A stretch of DNA of 64,000 bases from Trichinella spiralis (lineage: Eukaryota): NCBI RefSeq assembly GCF_000181795.1, contig NW_003526940.1, forward strand, positions 22,440 through 86,439, written 5' to 3'. Below the pieces are notes generated by a model. The model did not search any database, was not told the DNA's origin, and worked only from the letters and a program-made list of their open reading frames with translations. The translations under genes and the position numbers were made by a program. How positions within the stretch are numbered: position 1 is the first letter of the stretch; every line of letters starts with the position of its first letter. Positions 43,601-57,423 of this stretch are shown here, piece after piece.

Positions 43601-46600
43601 GTTTATTAAATACAACAACGTTATTTCACTAGCTGATCAGATGTCCATAAATAATTGGAATATAAAATACTATTTGACAGATCACATAAGTTTGAACAAA
43701 AATAGTGGAAAATATTAAATTAATTTTCAATATTTATAACAACGTAAAAAAATACATTCGTTAATTTCAAAGAAAGACTTATATCATCAAAATGATAACT
43801 TTTATTCTCAAATGATAATGAAAATAATACACTCTATATATGATTTTGTGTGGAAGATGTATCATCATCTTACTGCTATATCAGCTATTGCTATATACTC
43901 TTGTCTCATTTGTATATTAAAAAAGTTTAAAAACGGTTAAGAAATTATTATTTTATCTGCTGTTTAATGTTCAGTAAATTGCATAGGTCAACAAAATCGC
44001 TAACAGAAATGTATGGAATAGAAATTTCGGACACATTTGTTTTTGCATAATTTTAAGATATTTTAATTTGACTTTTTTATATTTATAATTATTTTTAATT
44101 AATGCCTGCCTGTGATTGAGATCATAAGCCGTTTATAAAAGTTATCTGTTTCATATGACTTATTATGAATCTGAGCTGTTATAATTGTTTTATTTCATTT
44201 AAATATGCTTTATTTTAATGCAAGTGATTTTATTCGAATACACAAAACTACAATTTATATTTACTGAAGTATATTGGTATGTAAAATTGCATAGCAGATG
44301 TAAATATTAAAAGTAAGATATTCGTTTATTAGTATCTAGCAAATGTACTACATTATATATGGCATGATGTATATGTTTGAAAAACGTTTTCCTAATTGAA
44401 AAGTTTTTTTTTCAGGTTTGAAAATAATACTTTTTCTGTAAATTCATTTGCAATAAATCACGATGTGATGTGTTATTTTATTGGGTGATAAATGCTTTTT
44501 ATAAGGGAAAACAATAAATGATCAGGTATTGTTTCCAAGAAAAAAGCGACTCTGTCCAGGGGACCAACCGGTCAAGATGGAGATGGCCCCATTTCCGGGA
44601 GGCGACAAACCGTCTGGTTAGCCAGAACGCAGGTCGCACTCAGCAGGTTGACCGTGTCCTGCTGGGAAGCGGGTGACGTTTCAGCTTTTATCATTTCTTC
44701 CCAACAGAGCGAGCCAGATACAACTGAGCGGGTCGGCGGACCCTGGAAAAGATTAAGAGGTTCCAAAAACTGGATCCACATGTGTTCAACCGTCTTGACC
44801 AGACTTTGACAAGCTGATCTGGCTGAACGAGGTGACTTGACATCAGTATGGTCCACTTGTTCGCACTTTATCAAGCCTAGTTCTCAATCTCTGTCAGTCA
44901 TAGCGGCGCCTTCAACTTTTGACAACTGGGTCGAGGCATTTTGAGGAATGCTGCTTTTGAATAAGCGGCAATCTTTCCTTTCTTCATATAAGCAGTACCA
45001 GATTATTGGGAAAGTGAAACAAAGAAATAATAAAACAAAACGAAAATTATTCCCATAATAACACTAGAAAACAAATTAATAGAAGATACATTTTCAAAAG
45101 GGCCAACAGTTTATTATTTTCATTATCTTTTCATTTTTTTGCTATATGATGTCATTCATATATGAAGTACTGTAAAAATTATTTTTAAATGTTTTTCAAA
45201 TATGATTATTTATTTAACAAAATACAATACATGGTTATTATTTAGCATGTGAAGTATTTATTTTTGTATAATACGATCGACTGACTTCATTTCATTGAGA
45301 AGTGTGGCGTACTTTATTTAAATTTTTTAGTCATCTGACGATTTGATCGTCATTATCTGCCAATCATTGTTAGGTATAAATTTTGATTTAGCTTAGTAGA
45401 ATAAGCAAAGTACAGGAAGGTCTAGGCGTGAAGTGTTATATTTGGGACAATTGGAAATGAATTCGTCCGATTAATTAGTAAATTGGATAATCGAGCGGTC
45501 GTAAAAGCTTCACGTCGATTTTCCATTGTACATTTCAGCTTTGGCTTCAAAGTGTGCAAGCAGACAAATTAAATAGAGCTATTGTTCAAAGCAATATCAC
45601 GTCTCAAATCCGTTCACCGATAGAAACTCATAATGACTGCATATATATATATATAGGATCCTATATGTGTATTATATTTTGCACAAAACAAAAAGAAGCT
45701 TTATCAGAATTGCTCAATTGCATTAAGATGAAACAAATATTGCCATATATTGAATGAAGCTGTCTTTCTTCAATGCACAATTTATAATTTCTTTAAAAAG
45801 TTTTTCCTCACCAATTTTCTACTAGCCATTACATTTAATGCATTTCTTTGCAAACAACTCCATTTGTATATTTTATGTAACATTATTGATTACTACTGTT
45901 GAAATTGGGCAGTAAAATTCGATTTTTCAAATTAAACAGCGTTGATTTTCCTTTTTTTTGCATTATATATATATTGAATGCCGTATTCCTTTAGATAAGA
46001 AATATCCTTGTTTTATCATTTGTTATTTCAATTAAAAAAAATATTTTTTCATTTTATTATGATATAATTCTGAATATCTCTTTTTAAGCTTGCAATTGCA
46101 ATCTCCATGCACGCCGCTGCCGTTTTAACATGGAACTGTATCGTATGAGTAACTATAAATCAGGAGGCATGTGCATCAACTGTCGCCACAACACTGCCGG
46201 AGTTCACTGTGACTATTGCAAAGAAGGTTATTATCGTGATCGCAAACTGCCAATGACTCATCGAAGAGCTTGCAAACGTAAGTAACACTTGTTTTTTTTA
46301 TTACTTTTTTCTTAGGTGGAAAGGGAATTTTGCACAATACAGGTAATAAAGCTCTAAAAAATATCATATTGGCTAAAAAATCTAATCCGGATGGATACAA
46401 ACCATGACTAGCCAATTAAAAGAAATTGATTTTCTTATTCAAACGAATCGTTGTCAGGTTTATGTGACCATTTGGATTGCCAGAAATCCGGGGTAATCTG
46501 AGAGATGCCGTTTTGCCAATATGTAGCTAGCATGATCATTAATCATCAAAATTGCACTGTCATTAAGGGCAAACAATGGCTCGTGTCAGTGACGTCCTAT

Positions 46601-48993
46601 CTCCGTTTGGCAATTTGAATTTAGCGTTGTGTCTGTCTGCTTTGTGGTCAATTATACCGCTTTAGCCTATACAAAGCTATTATTTGAATGAAAGCATTTA
46701 AATTTCAGTTTGCACAATTGCAGCTTGTATTTACAAATAGGAATTGCAAATTTTATTGTATTATACATATGAAATAGAACACAAGACAAATAAAACAGAT
46801 TAATTTCATATAAGCAGAGAATGTTTGAATGAAAAAAGTAAACGTTCTGCATAGATATTATTTTGAAAGTAGTAAAAATTTCATCTTTAATCTTCGATGA
46901 TTAAGTTATTTTAAAAAGGTTTAGACCGTTTTTATTATTAATATGTAAATTGACACTTTGTGAAAAAAATATTCAAGAAATGTTGTGCATATTTTAGCAT
47001 GCAATTGCCATCCTGTTGGTGCTCTGAGCAGATATTGCAATCAAACTACGGCTCAGTGTCCATGTAAGCCAGGCGTTACAGGAGTCACTTGCAATCAATG
47101 CGCTAAAGGATATCAACAAAGTCGATCACCTATTGCTCCTTGCGTAAAAGTTGTTTCAGCTTTTCCAGAAGATGGATTTGATGCAGGTAATATGCTATTT
47201 TTTAATTTAATTTCTACACAATTTATCTGCAGAGAGACATTAAATATGTATAATTTGACATGTCTTTAACTTATAACTACTTCATTTCAAAAAATTTAAG
47301 TGAAAATCCCATACGAATAATGATAATGGTTCGCATGGTGCTAATAAAATTTAAACAGCACTAAATTTCTTTCCATAATTAAGATATTTTTTTAAAACAT
47401 TTTTCATCGTTTTCAAAAGCTTGAACGAAATTCAATTCATTTAACGAATAATCTAGTCAAATGGATGTGGCTTTCATCAACATATTGATTTCATTCTCCC
47501 CAGGGACAAGCTTGCTAACTTTTGAACATGCATGTTCTCCATTTCAGAAGAAGTAAATGATAACTGTCATCAGTTGCAGAGATTTACCATCAATATGTAT
47601 ATAATTTTGTGACTGTTCGATGCAAAACTAATAAAAGATATTAAAAATAATCTGACGGGGATAGATATGAGAATTTCCAATGGAACTGCTGCTGCTTCTT
47701 ACTGTGCAAGTTTACCCTGAAGCGTCAAAACGGGGGTCGCATTTTTGCAGCAAGGACGCTGATCAGCATGACCTTAAACCTTAAATGGAACAAAACGTTC
47801 TTTTCTGGGTCAGCTTGATGCTCACCTGCCGTCCATGCATCTTGGTTTGCATCTGCTTCTCTTTACAAACTGACTGTCCTGATTGTGGAAAAATATTTTC
47901 CATTGGATTTTAAAAATTTTCCAGTAAATTCGATATTTTGAAATCAATGCTATATATAAATTTCATAGTTGATATTCAGAAATTCTGAAACTTGATAAAT
48001 ATTCACAATTTTTTTTAATTTATTTGTACGTCAAATACTTTATATTGCTTTGAAAATTTAAAAATTATACATGCATTATAAACACACGAAACTATCATGA
48101 ACTGTAATATAAATAGTAATGTCAGTTTGTAAAAACTTAATTAATATTATTTCAATACAACTATTAAAAGTTCAAAATTTTCAATAATAATATCACATTA
48201 TATATACAAGTGAAAATTTTAGCTAAATGCCCAAAATGTCGAACTATGCCTGAACGGTTAACGCTGAAACGCTTCTGCCGTAGAGAATTTGGTAAAGTTT
48301 TTATCTTAAATTTAAATGATGAAATGAAATTTAAATTCATGTTGAAAAATATATTGCTTAACAATATATATTTAAATATAGCATATGAATAACTGGTTTA
48401 AATTTTATAAATAAAAATTATACTATTATCTCTTTTAAGCACTTGAAGCTCAAGTAATTGCTAAAGAAATGGTTGACGGCTGGTTAAAGTATCGGCTTGC
48501 TATAACTTCTATATACAAGAGACCACCGTATTCAAGACTTCGACGTGGAGAAGATTCCATATGGATTCCAGAGCAGAATTTTCAATGCAAATGCCCCAGA
48601 ATTCGTCTTGGAAAAAAATACCTCATATTAGGTAAGTTTTAAATGTTTTTTCATAATAACAATATTATTATTATTATTGGGCACTTGATTATTTTACTGT
48701 TTAGTCGGTTTATTTGTTGCATCATACTGAACTTTTAAGATTATAAATTGTGCAACATTATTAAATATTCTAAATGATGCATATTTATTTGGAAAAAAAG
48801 TAAATTTATGTCTGGTATTTTAGGTTTAGATAATACGTTAAATCCAAATCGTCCAGGAATTGTATTGAACAAGCACACCGTTGTAATGGCGTGGAAGGAC
48901 GATTTCGACGAACGTTTGAGGCGACTAATTCGTGATGAACATCATGGAATGTGCTTAGATTTCGAAAAGATCAAATCGAACAATGTTGTTTAA
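40698..48993 (+). CDS. unc-6: Netrin (UNC-6): signal peptide, laminin N-terminal domain VI, three LE repeats, NTR/C345C domain
   Basis: Exons approx. 40698-41411, 41537-41843, 46089-46277, 46998-47186, 48223-48291, 48440-48631, 48824-48993. Motifs [71 protein letters not shown]. Confidence 0.97.
44540..44945. mobile_element. GC-rich insertion in netrin intron 2, possible retroelement fragment
   Basis: Sharp GC increase within an AT-rich intron. The short ORF 44572-44874(-) has no recognisable motif. Confidence 0.3.
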
Positions 48994-50076
48994 GCTGGTT
49001 GAATTGCATGCAGAAGAAAGCGAAAAGAGACGTTTTCTCGTCATATGCAAGCAAACACCATTGATTTATGCCGCCATGAGTTTTGCTTGAGTAGTGTTTG
49101 CATTTGAATTTTGTAACGTTGTTTTTATGTATGCTGCTTCTTACTTGTCGCTTTTTTTGTTTATTTTTTTCTTTTTTGTACATAATGCTTCCAGTTAAGC
49201 TGCATTGTGGAAATGAATTGTTGTTTTGAACTTTGAAAAGCGTTCATAATTTTTCATCACTCCAACGAATGACAAATTCGATAACGAACTTGGCCACAGA
49301 TGCGCGCATAGGGATTAAAGATTTGTCGATCATTTGGATGTGAATCCCGGTGGACTTTCAAATAGTCACAATTCCACTCGCTTGGGAAATTTGCGGATAA
49401 AATGCAAAGGCCACTTTCATTGACACACAGCCGGCAAATTTGAAAGCCGAAAATGCACTGCCATGAGTAGCCACTTTTCAGCTATAATCCATAAATGGTG
49501 CAATTTTTTTCAACAATTCAAGCAATAGCACATGCAGTTAGCTTGGCTATCATATCAGTTGCTGACATTGAATTTTAATGAAAAATTTTTGAACAAATTG
49601 AACAACTAAATTGCAGTGAAGACAGCTCGTTTCGCTTGACTGATTCGACTTGAGATTGCTGTTCGGCAGGGTTTCTAGAAACTCCCATTAGCAATTTTTC
49701 TTTTCATCAACTAACATGTCAACGCCATTGCAGCAAACACTTTCATAAGAGCTACAGTATGATTTTCAAATGAACATTCCAAGCATTAAGTTTGATAATG
49801 CAAGAGTGTCGTCAGTTTTATTATTTGAAAACATTAAATGCAAACAGAATAAATTTATAAAAATTTATTCACACTTGCGACTATTACTGGGTATAACTAA
49901 ATAATGATATGCAAATTAACAAACAGAGAAGTATTTGATAGTGATTTTCATTTCACTGCGTAAAATATAAGCTACAATTTTAAAAAGGATGGATACAGTT
50001 GCAATGTTAATCATGAAATATGCAAAAAATGCCTCACATTTCCCATTTATGGAACAAATGCAAATATAGACAGACT

Positions 50077-50688
50077 TTAATCATCTCTGCATTTAAAAGT
50101 GCTGTTGTTGTTATCAATTTCGACGTTCGATTGACAAATATAATTATATCGCAAAGAGCAGCTTTTTTGTAAAACATGTCGTTCATCTTCGGCATTCGAT
50201 TTTGTTATTACAAAACATTTTTCACCTTCGTTTGATCTCATCTGCCTTCCATTGATCACAGGTATAGCATAAAGTAAATCGCTAAAATCATTTAAAATCA
50301 ATATGCTTACGATTAAAAAAACAAATGTTTTCTAATACTGCGTGTTTTGAATATCCATATCTTTTTCTTCAGTCATATTAAGCGTAACCCAAAAGAATTG
50401 TGAATCAGAGAACATTTCAAACGCATTTTTCTGTAAAATAAAGAAAATTACAAATATTAAAAAACATATAACGGCCTTACTTACCATTTCCTCAAATGAA
50501 CGAAGAACAAGCAATTTTGAATTGTACAATTTGCATATTTTTTGAGCGGTTGAAAATGTTGATTTATGATTCATGATACGATAGCAATTTTGACCATGCA
50601 AATGCCATTTGATACGGCACGGAAAACGGTTGCAAAACACAACTGCAGCAAGAGCGACGAGAAAAAATAGAAACCACTGTCTGCACAT
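50077..50688 (-). CDS. Secreted C-type lectin domain protein A (3 exons)
   Basis: Hydrophobic signal peptide, CRIKWHLHGQNCY...FSTAQKICK...LL, FWV, and C...CS...YICQ. Exons approx. 50688-50485, 50430-50339, 50281-50077. Confidence 0.85.
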
Positions 50689-51256
50689 AGTTTAGCTCGC
50701 AGAATGACAGAATATCAGCAAAAAGTTGAATATATAGCTTTTTTTAGTTATCGCAAACAAACCTATATTAATCTCAGTAATCCCTTAATCTCATGCACCA
50801 GATCATCACAATCTAATCTTCTTTATTGTTTATGTACAATAGCAATGCTTTACCATGTGGGTAATTTTACCGGCACGTTTAGCTTTACAATAAAAAATAA
50901 AGCTTTTAAGGGCAAGTTCGTTTGGAAACAAGGACAAGCAAATTCATTAACGCTAATTATCAACAGTTATTAGCAGAGTTGGTTGCCAACACAATCAACT
51001 AATAACTGTTATATTAAAAGAAATTTCAACAAAGCCTTTTCTGTTATTGCACTCTTTTACGATAATAATAATAATAATAACAGTTGATGAAAGAACAAAG
51101 AGTGCAGTGTAAGGAAAGAGAATACAAAAGTTTTGCTTATTAGAAAAATATTTTTAAACTGAATATACATATACAAACAAAGTAAACAGATTTTTATTAT
51201 TAGAAAATGAAACAAAAATTTTGAAAAGAAATTTCAATAAAATTGCATTCAATAAA

Positions 51257-54137
51257 CTAAGTGCTGCAATGTCTGAACCATCGAGGAAACGGGATACAGT
51301 CTTTAATATTTCGTATTCCAATGAAAAACTGCAGTAAGCGCTCAAATCCTAAACCAAAACCACCCAAATCAGGATAGCCAAATTTTCGCAGTTCGCTATA
51401 CCTGAAAAACATATTCTCATAAACCGCATTAGAAACGTTTATGAAAAAAAAGTGCTCTTTGACCATTGACTTTGTTCGGCAATTTTCAATAATTCCATAC
51501 GATGACTCAAAATATCAAGATTACATTCACGAAGACTGCCTCCACATAATTCTCCAGAATGAGGGACCAATAAATCAAAGCAAAGTGCCTGAAACATATG
51601 CATATAATAAATAAATATACTAGTTCTTTTTAATACAGAAATGAAAACGAGTGCATGATTGTTACTTACACATGTATTGTCCTGATTCCGCTTCATATAA
51701 AATGGTTTCGTCTCAGCTGGGTATTCTGTAACAAACAGAGGCAAATTTCCAAAATGTTGCACCAAAAATCTTTCATCTTCCTTTCTAAGATGTTTCAAAT
51801 TCTAAACTAAATGCAATTAACAAACTTTATATTGATATCTTTTCATTAAAAAAAGAACAAATCATATTTTTACAACATATAATCAATTTTCTAAATTAAG
51901 GATGCATATAATTACGATTGCATATATTATAAATTTATACCTTGCTAAAGTTTTTGTTTGAATTTTGCAAAATTTCTGTTGCTTCAACAAATGTAATCCT
52001 GGGAAAAGAACTGAGTTTCTCAATACGACACAGATCATCCTAAAAATAAAAGTATTAAATCAAGTTTAAAGCGTCATTTCAAACTTGCATCATGAAAAGT
52101 CTTCGCAGTAAAATTTAAAACAAATGCAAATTTAATACTTACAAAAGCAACCGTCTGATGATATTGCTGACAAATTTTCAAATCTTCAACTGATTCATGC
52201 ATCACTGTTTTGATACAATTTAAGATTAAATTTTCCACTAACTGAAAAATAGAGAATTTCATCAGCGAAACATTTACTGCAAATATTAAGAATATTTATG
52301 CATTGTTAAAACGACTGAGTTATATAAATTATATTGTAGTTAAATTTATAGTTAATAAATTTCAAAATTCCATACAATTTAAACAACACAATATAAAATA
52401 TATCGATAAATTTATATTGATAAGCTCGTTATTTAAATATTTAAAATTAAAAATCATAATCATTTTAATCATAATCATAATCATGTGGCTATAAGCAAAA
52501 CAATCACAGAGAAAAAAATTCTTTTTTAGCCTTATAAATTAACAATTACAGAATAATTACTTTCATTAAGTCTTCCAAACTAGTGCAAAACGCCTGTTCC
52601 ACCTCAAGCATGTAAAATTCCGCCAAATGTTGCCTGGTAAGAGAACTTTCAGCTCGAAATGCTGGATTAAATGTATAAACCTTATTCAACCCACTAAAGA
52701 AACTTTTATTACATATTAATGCCAGAAAATTAAAATGAAAAAAATTTATTTTAAAATAAATTAATTACCAAGCGGCAGCTTCTAAATGCAACTGACCAGA
52801 AACTGTTAAAAAAATCTTTTTCCCAAAAAAAGTTTTCTCATTAGTGCTGTCTTCTAATATATTGTCACATGCAAATGCCAACGCTGAATTCTTTTCAAAC
52901 TAAAATTGCTTTATAACGGATACAGTTTTAAAATAAAAACTTTTACTTTTTCAGCGGTGAAAACATCTCCAGCCGCTTCACAGTCGTTGGCTGTCAAAAC
53001 TGGAGTATCAATATATATATAATTATTAATCTAAAAATGTAAATTAACAACTTTTCATTTAAACAGTTTGAATATGATTTCAATAAATTTAATCAAGATT
53101 ATCACGAAACAAAAACTTGATTATTATGATTACGGTAACACTATAAACAAATTTAAACTCATGCTCACAATCTTTGAAGAATAATTATAAAACAGTAGCA
53201 TAATTAAGTTTATTTATAATTTATCCAAATTATGGTGTAATCATTCACCTTTAAGTAGTGATGTATAAAGTGCTTTAAATTACTCCTGATTCGTAGTAAC
53301 GCTGCGAAACTGCGAGTTTTTGGACGCAGATGCTCGTGCTGACGTAATGTATCAGGTGATTGCCTTTGTCTCACAGAAAAGGGAAAATTCTATTAATAAT
53401 GAACATTTGTTTTGTTTTACGTGAAAATATTTCTTATACTTTTCTGTCATTGTGAGCTACGACATTTACTTGAGTAGCAACCAACTCGAGATGCTGTTCT
53501 GGACCAACGCTGGGATTTAGCTCTCCTTCAACTGCTACTGCTGATCCAACGGTGACGTGACTGCATAAAAATCGGAATAGTCGTCTAATTTAAATTTCAT
53601 CTTGCATACCTGTTATTCAAAGGCTCTGGAATAACCACTTGAAGAAGGGCAGCAGACAAGCCATCACTGATGTGCATGAAGGTAAAATTTTTATAACTTC
53701 GAAAATGCTTCACCCAACCCTAAAATGATTAACATTGAATCGCAGATTATTCATCATGTCGTGAAATACTGAATTCTGGTATTACAATTTCTATGATCCT
53801 AATTGACAATATATACTGAAAGTTTACTCATTAAAGTAAATTAGTTAAATCTGCTTAGATCAACCGTTCACATTATCTGCATTTAAATGAAATAGAATTC
53901 AAAATCAACAAAAAAGGTAATGCAGTATTATAAAAGTTAATAATAATACGATAATACAAAATTTGAAGATAAATTTAATAATTTACAAATATTTTCAAAT
54001 ATTCTTTCGAATTGTTGAAAATTATATGATGTTGAAATACAGCTTACCTTAACCGTAACTGCTTGGCCAGTTGGTTTCTCTTTCGCAAGCTGAGCAATTG
54101 TTTTGGCGCAGTTGAATAGTTGGAAGCTGACTTTCAT
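51257..54137 (-). CDS. NARS2: Asparagine-tRNA ligase, mitochondrial type, multi-exon
   Basis: OB-fold [41 protein letters not shown]; motif 2 [41 protein letters not shown]; motif 3 [11 protein letters not shown]...IKDCIPFPR. Confidence 0.9.
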
Positions 54138-54955
54138 CTTTGTATCTTGGTTGATCTTTGGTACTTTAGAATTATTTTTGTTAAACTGATGAATACTTTA
54201 CAGTTATTTATGAATTAATACATATACAATTAAATAGCATTAAGTAATTTAAACTGCAATAGTATACATATGTTAAGTTTGGGGTTTTATTTATTATTAC
54301 TGAAAAATAAGTTTGAAAAACAAACTTTCATTTATATAAGCTGCTTATGAACATCCCTAAACAGTAAAATTAGAAATAGAAGGATTTTTTGCCATTTTAC
54401 AGTTTACAGTATTTTAGACAAATAAGTATTATAAACGTTGATTTGTTTTAAAATTTATTAAATTCAAATTTCAAGATTGTCTTCATTCATGTAAATCAGG
54501 ATATTTTGCATTATAGTTTTAAGATTTCTTTTTATAATAAAGAAGTCTAAATATATCAACCTTACAAACGAGCACTGTTGTATAAGAACGTGATTTCGAA
54601 AGTGTAGGATACCAGTGCAGTGCACAGTTTTTCTAATCAGTTATTACTTTTGGTCATTTTAAAGGTAGATTTATTCAATATTTGTTAGTCATAATTATTG
54701 CATTGCTACATTATTTTTATTCTCTAGCGCGCAAAAGCAAAATTTACAACTGCTGGTGAATTTATTTTTGGGAATAATTAATTAAAATGTTTTTAACTTT
54801 TTTATGTTTAAAGTAAATTTTATGCATTTAAGTTTTCACATTTTTCAGTTTTATTTATTTTATATTGTTGACTTTGCATGAAAAGAAGTGAAAATTATTT
54901 GTTTTTGATTACTGAGATATTACTGTTTCATTTAAAGTTGTATTGATATTATATA

Positions 54956-55310
54956 CAGTCGAACTTGGTTGAATGCACAAGATTTTGGCATTTCAAAATT
55001 TCCTGTAGTTAATTATGCGGTAAGATAATGGATCAGTGCACAACATGGTTAAGTGCATAATTTTGCTGAGATTCACGGGATTTACTGTTCGCAGTATATA
55101 GTCCTTAACTGCACAATAGGCATATTCCTGGCCGCTTTACGTTTATTATCAGCTATAACAACTGTTGATAGTTAGCAAAGTTTATTGATCGCTATATCAG
55201 AATAAGCACATGCATCACAGACAACGTGAACTAGCCCAAAGTGAAAAAGGACCACAGTGCTTTCCAAGGAAGCTACTCACCAGGAAGCTGTCGCAGATTT
55301 GGTGACAATT
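54956..55310 (+). mobile_element. Tigger/pogo-like MITE, 3'-truncated copy
   Basis: TA|CAGTCGAACTTGGTTGAATGCAC terminus. Internal sequence aligns to 56648-56950 (e.g. CACAGACAACGT.AACTAGCCCAAAGT, GAAGCTG.CGCAGATTTGGT). Confidence 0.8.
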
Positions 55311-55892
55311 CTTTATTTTTTGGTTTAAACTGATTTTTCATGATTTGCTGAAAAGAAATGCAATATAAAATTATAGTAGTTTCAAATAAAATTCTGAGTA
55401 AAGGTAAAATATTAAGAATTTAATGAGTGTATTAATATTTCGATATAATATGTGTAAAATATTGTTTTAAGAAATCACTGTGAAAAAAACGCATTCCAGG
55501 TCTTTATGTTTTTACATATTGCTTGTTGTCCAGTTACAAACATTTTTAGTATTACAAAGTTTCGCAATTTCAGATTTGACTGAAATATTATTTGAAAATT
55601 ATCGATTAAGAGAATAATTTTTCATTCTTTATGCATTATATGCTTTATAATTTTTATTACTAAATTTATTTATTTTTTAACTCAATATCTGTCACATGTC
55701 ATTTAATTATATATATATATACTTGTTTGAGAACTTTAAACTCATATGTTGAAAGTTTTGTTTAAATTTAAACAATAAAATTTCAGTTTGCTTATTTTAA
55801 AGTTTCAAATAACTGCATAGATGGCTTAATGGTTGAAAATTAGTTTGTTCTCGTTCTTCCAATTGAACGGTTGCTTTTTCGATTGCTTGAAA

Positions 55893-56390
55893 ATGGAAAA
55901 AATTGTCCGAAGTATTTGCAAGGATGTTGCCAATGCCATCAATGATGACAGCGCATTGGTTGGCAAACTTTTTGGCAAAATTGAGCAAAAAAGTGGTCGA
56001 AGTCGTTATCAAGCTGCGATTGTGCTGGCTGGTGTGATTTGTATGCTGTTGGCTATATACAATCCCGCTGTAAAATTGTTGTGCGACTTGATTTGCATTG
56101 TCTATCCAGTAATGAAAACTTTAGCAGAGATGGAATCCATTGAGAAAAGCAGATGCAAGCAGTGGATGTTTTATTGGGTTATTTTTGGTTTGTTTACAAT
56201 TTTTGATTTATTTGCTGGCTACAATCTTCTGTTTATTGCAATCTATTGGTTACCGAAATGCATTTTCTTCCTTTCGCTTTTCACGCCGAGCTGTTTTGGA
56301 GTTGAAATACTGTATGTGAAGTTCTTCCAATCTCGCTACAGCCAGTTTATATCTGGCTGTACTACTGCCGTTGAAATGAGCACTGAATAA
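55893..56390 (+). CDS. Intronless REEP5/DP1/YOP1 (TB2_DP1_HVA22) family ER-shaping membrane protein, 165 aa
   Basis: LLCDLICIVYPVMKTLAEMES...KQWMFYWVIFGLFTIFD...YWLPKCIFFLSLFTP...GVEILYVKFF matches the family pattern YP...S..A.ES...QWL.YWV...K..F...P...GA..LY. ATG at 55893. Confidence 0.88.
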   Translation: MEKIVRSICKDVANAINDDSALVGKLFGKIEQKSGRSRYQAAIVLAGVICMLLAIYNPAVKLLCDLICIVYPVMKTLAEMESIEKSRCKQWMFYWVIFGLFTIFDLFAGYNLLFIAIYWLPKCIFFLSLFTPSCFGVEILYVKFFQSRYSQFISGCTTAVEMSTE

Positions 56391-56647
56391 CTACCATAAT
56401 TGTCATTTTCTATCACTTATTTTCTTATTCATTTTTGCATTATATGTATGTTTTAACTGCTTTCTGAAGTTTATTCTATTATCTTTCACATAAAATTCAT
56501 AAGTTTTGATTGACTTGTTTGTATATGAATATGATGCTGTTTTCCTAATTTAAAAATGTTTATGAAATATTAAAAAATAAAATAATTCTTATAATGCAAA
56601 AGTTCAATGGAATTTATAGATTTTATTAAAATAAATGTTTTCATTTG

Positions 56648-57211
56648 CAGTCGAACTTGGTTAGGTGCACACTAGATTAGTGCCCAACTTGGTTAAATGC
56701 ATCATTTTGCTGAGGCACACGAGATTTATTGTTCGCAATATATAATCCTTAACTGCAGAATAGGCGCGTTCCTTGTAGCATTAGGTTTTCCATCATCCAT
56801 ATGAGCCATTCATACTGAACAAAGTTTATTATTCACTATATTAGAAAAAGCAAGCATCTCACAGACAACGTCAACTAGCCCAAAGTCAAAGCAACTTCTG
56901 CTTTCCAAGAAAGTGACTCAGAAGAAGCTGCCGCAGATTTGGTAGCAATTCGGTCATATTTTCACGAAAACAGCATAAATCAGACTACTTAGACTGAACT
57001 GAAGAGCAACTGGTACCGCTGGTACCACAAAATAGAATTTAAAACTACATTTCCGAGTATTTTACTTCAAATAAATGGATATTTTTTGCATTAAACATAT
57101 TCATAAATCTGAAGTTATTGCTCCTTTCAGTTACTCTGCATAATTTCCAACTTTCGATAAATGCATGAAGCTTCTTGGCAAATTCCATGTGCATTTAACC
57201 AAATTCGACTG
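56648..57211 (+). mobile_element. Tigger/pogo-like MITE, full-length copy (564 bp)
   Basis: ~23-bp imperfect TIRs CAGTCGAACTTGGTTAGGTGCAC...GTGCATTTAACCAAATTCGACTG, followed by TA (left flank TG). Internal relic EEAAADLVAIRSYF resembles Tigger C-termini. Confidence 0.85.
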
Positions 57212-57423
57212 TATTATGCATTTTGAAAACATTACGTATTGACAGTTTTGGTTTTTTAATTTTAAAATTAAACTGTATGATCAAAAAGTCATATTATGAT
57301 ATAAAAAAACAAGAACAAATGAATATATAAGTTTTATTTTTAGTGTTTAAATGATCTAAGCTAAGTTAAAAAGGAGACTAAGCTACCTTTTATTAAATCA
57401 TTAAAATTCTGTGTTGATAAAAA

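Noticed and set aside
55833..55892. 20-aa N-terminal extension of the REEP ORF
   Set aside because: TTG start is unlikely in a eukaryote. The first ATG is at 55893.
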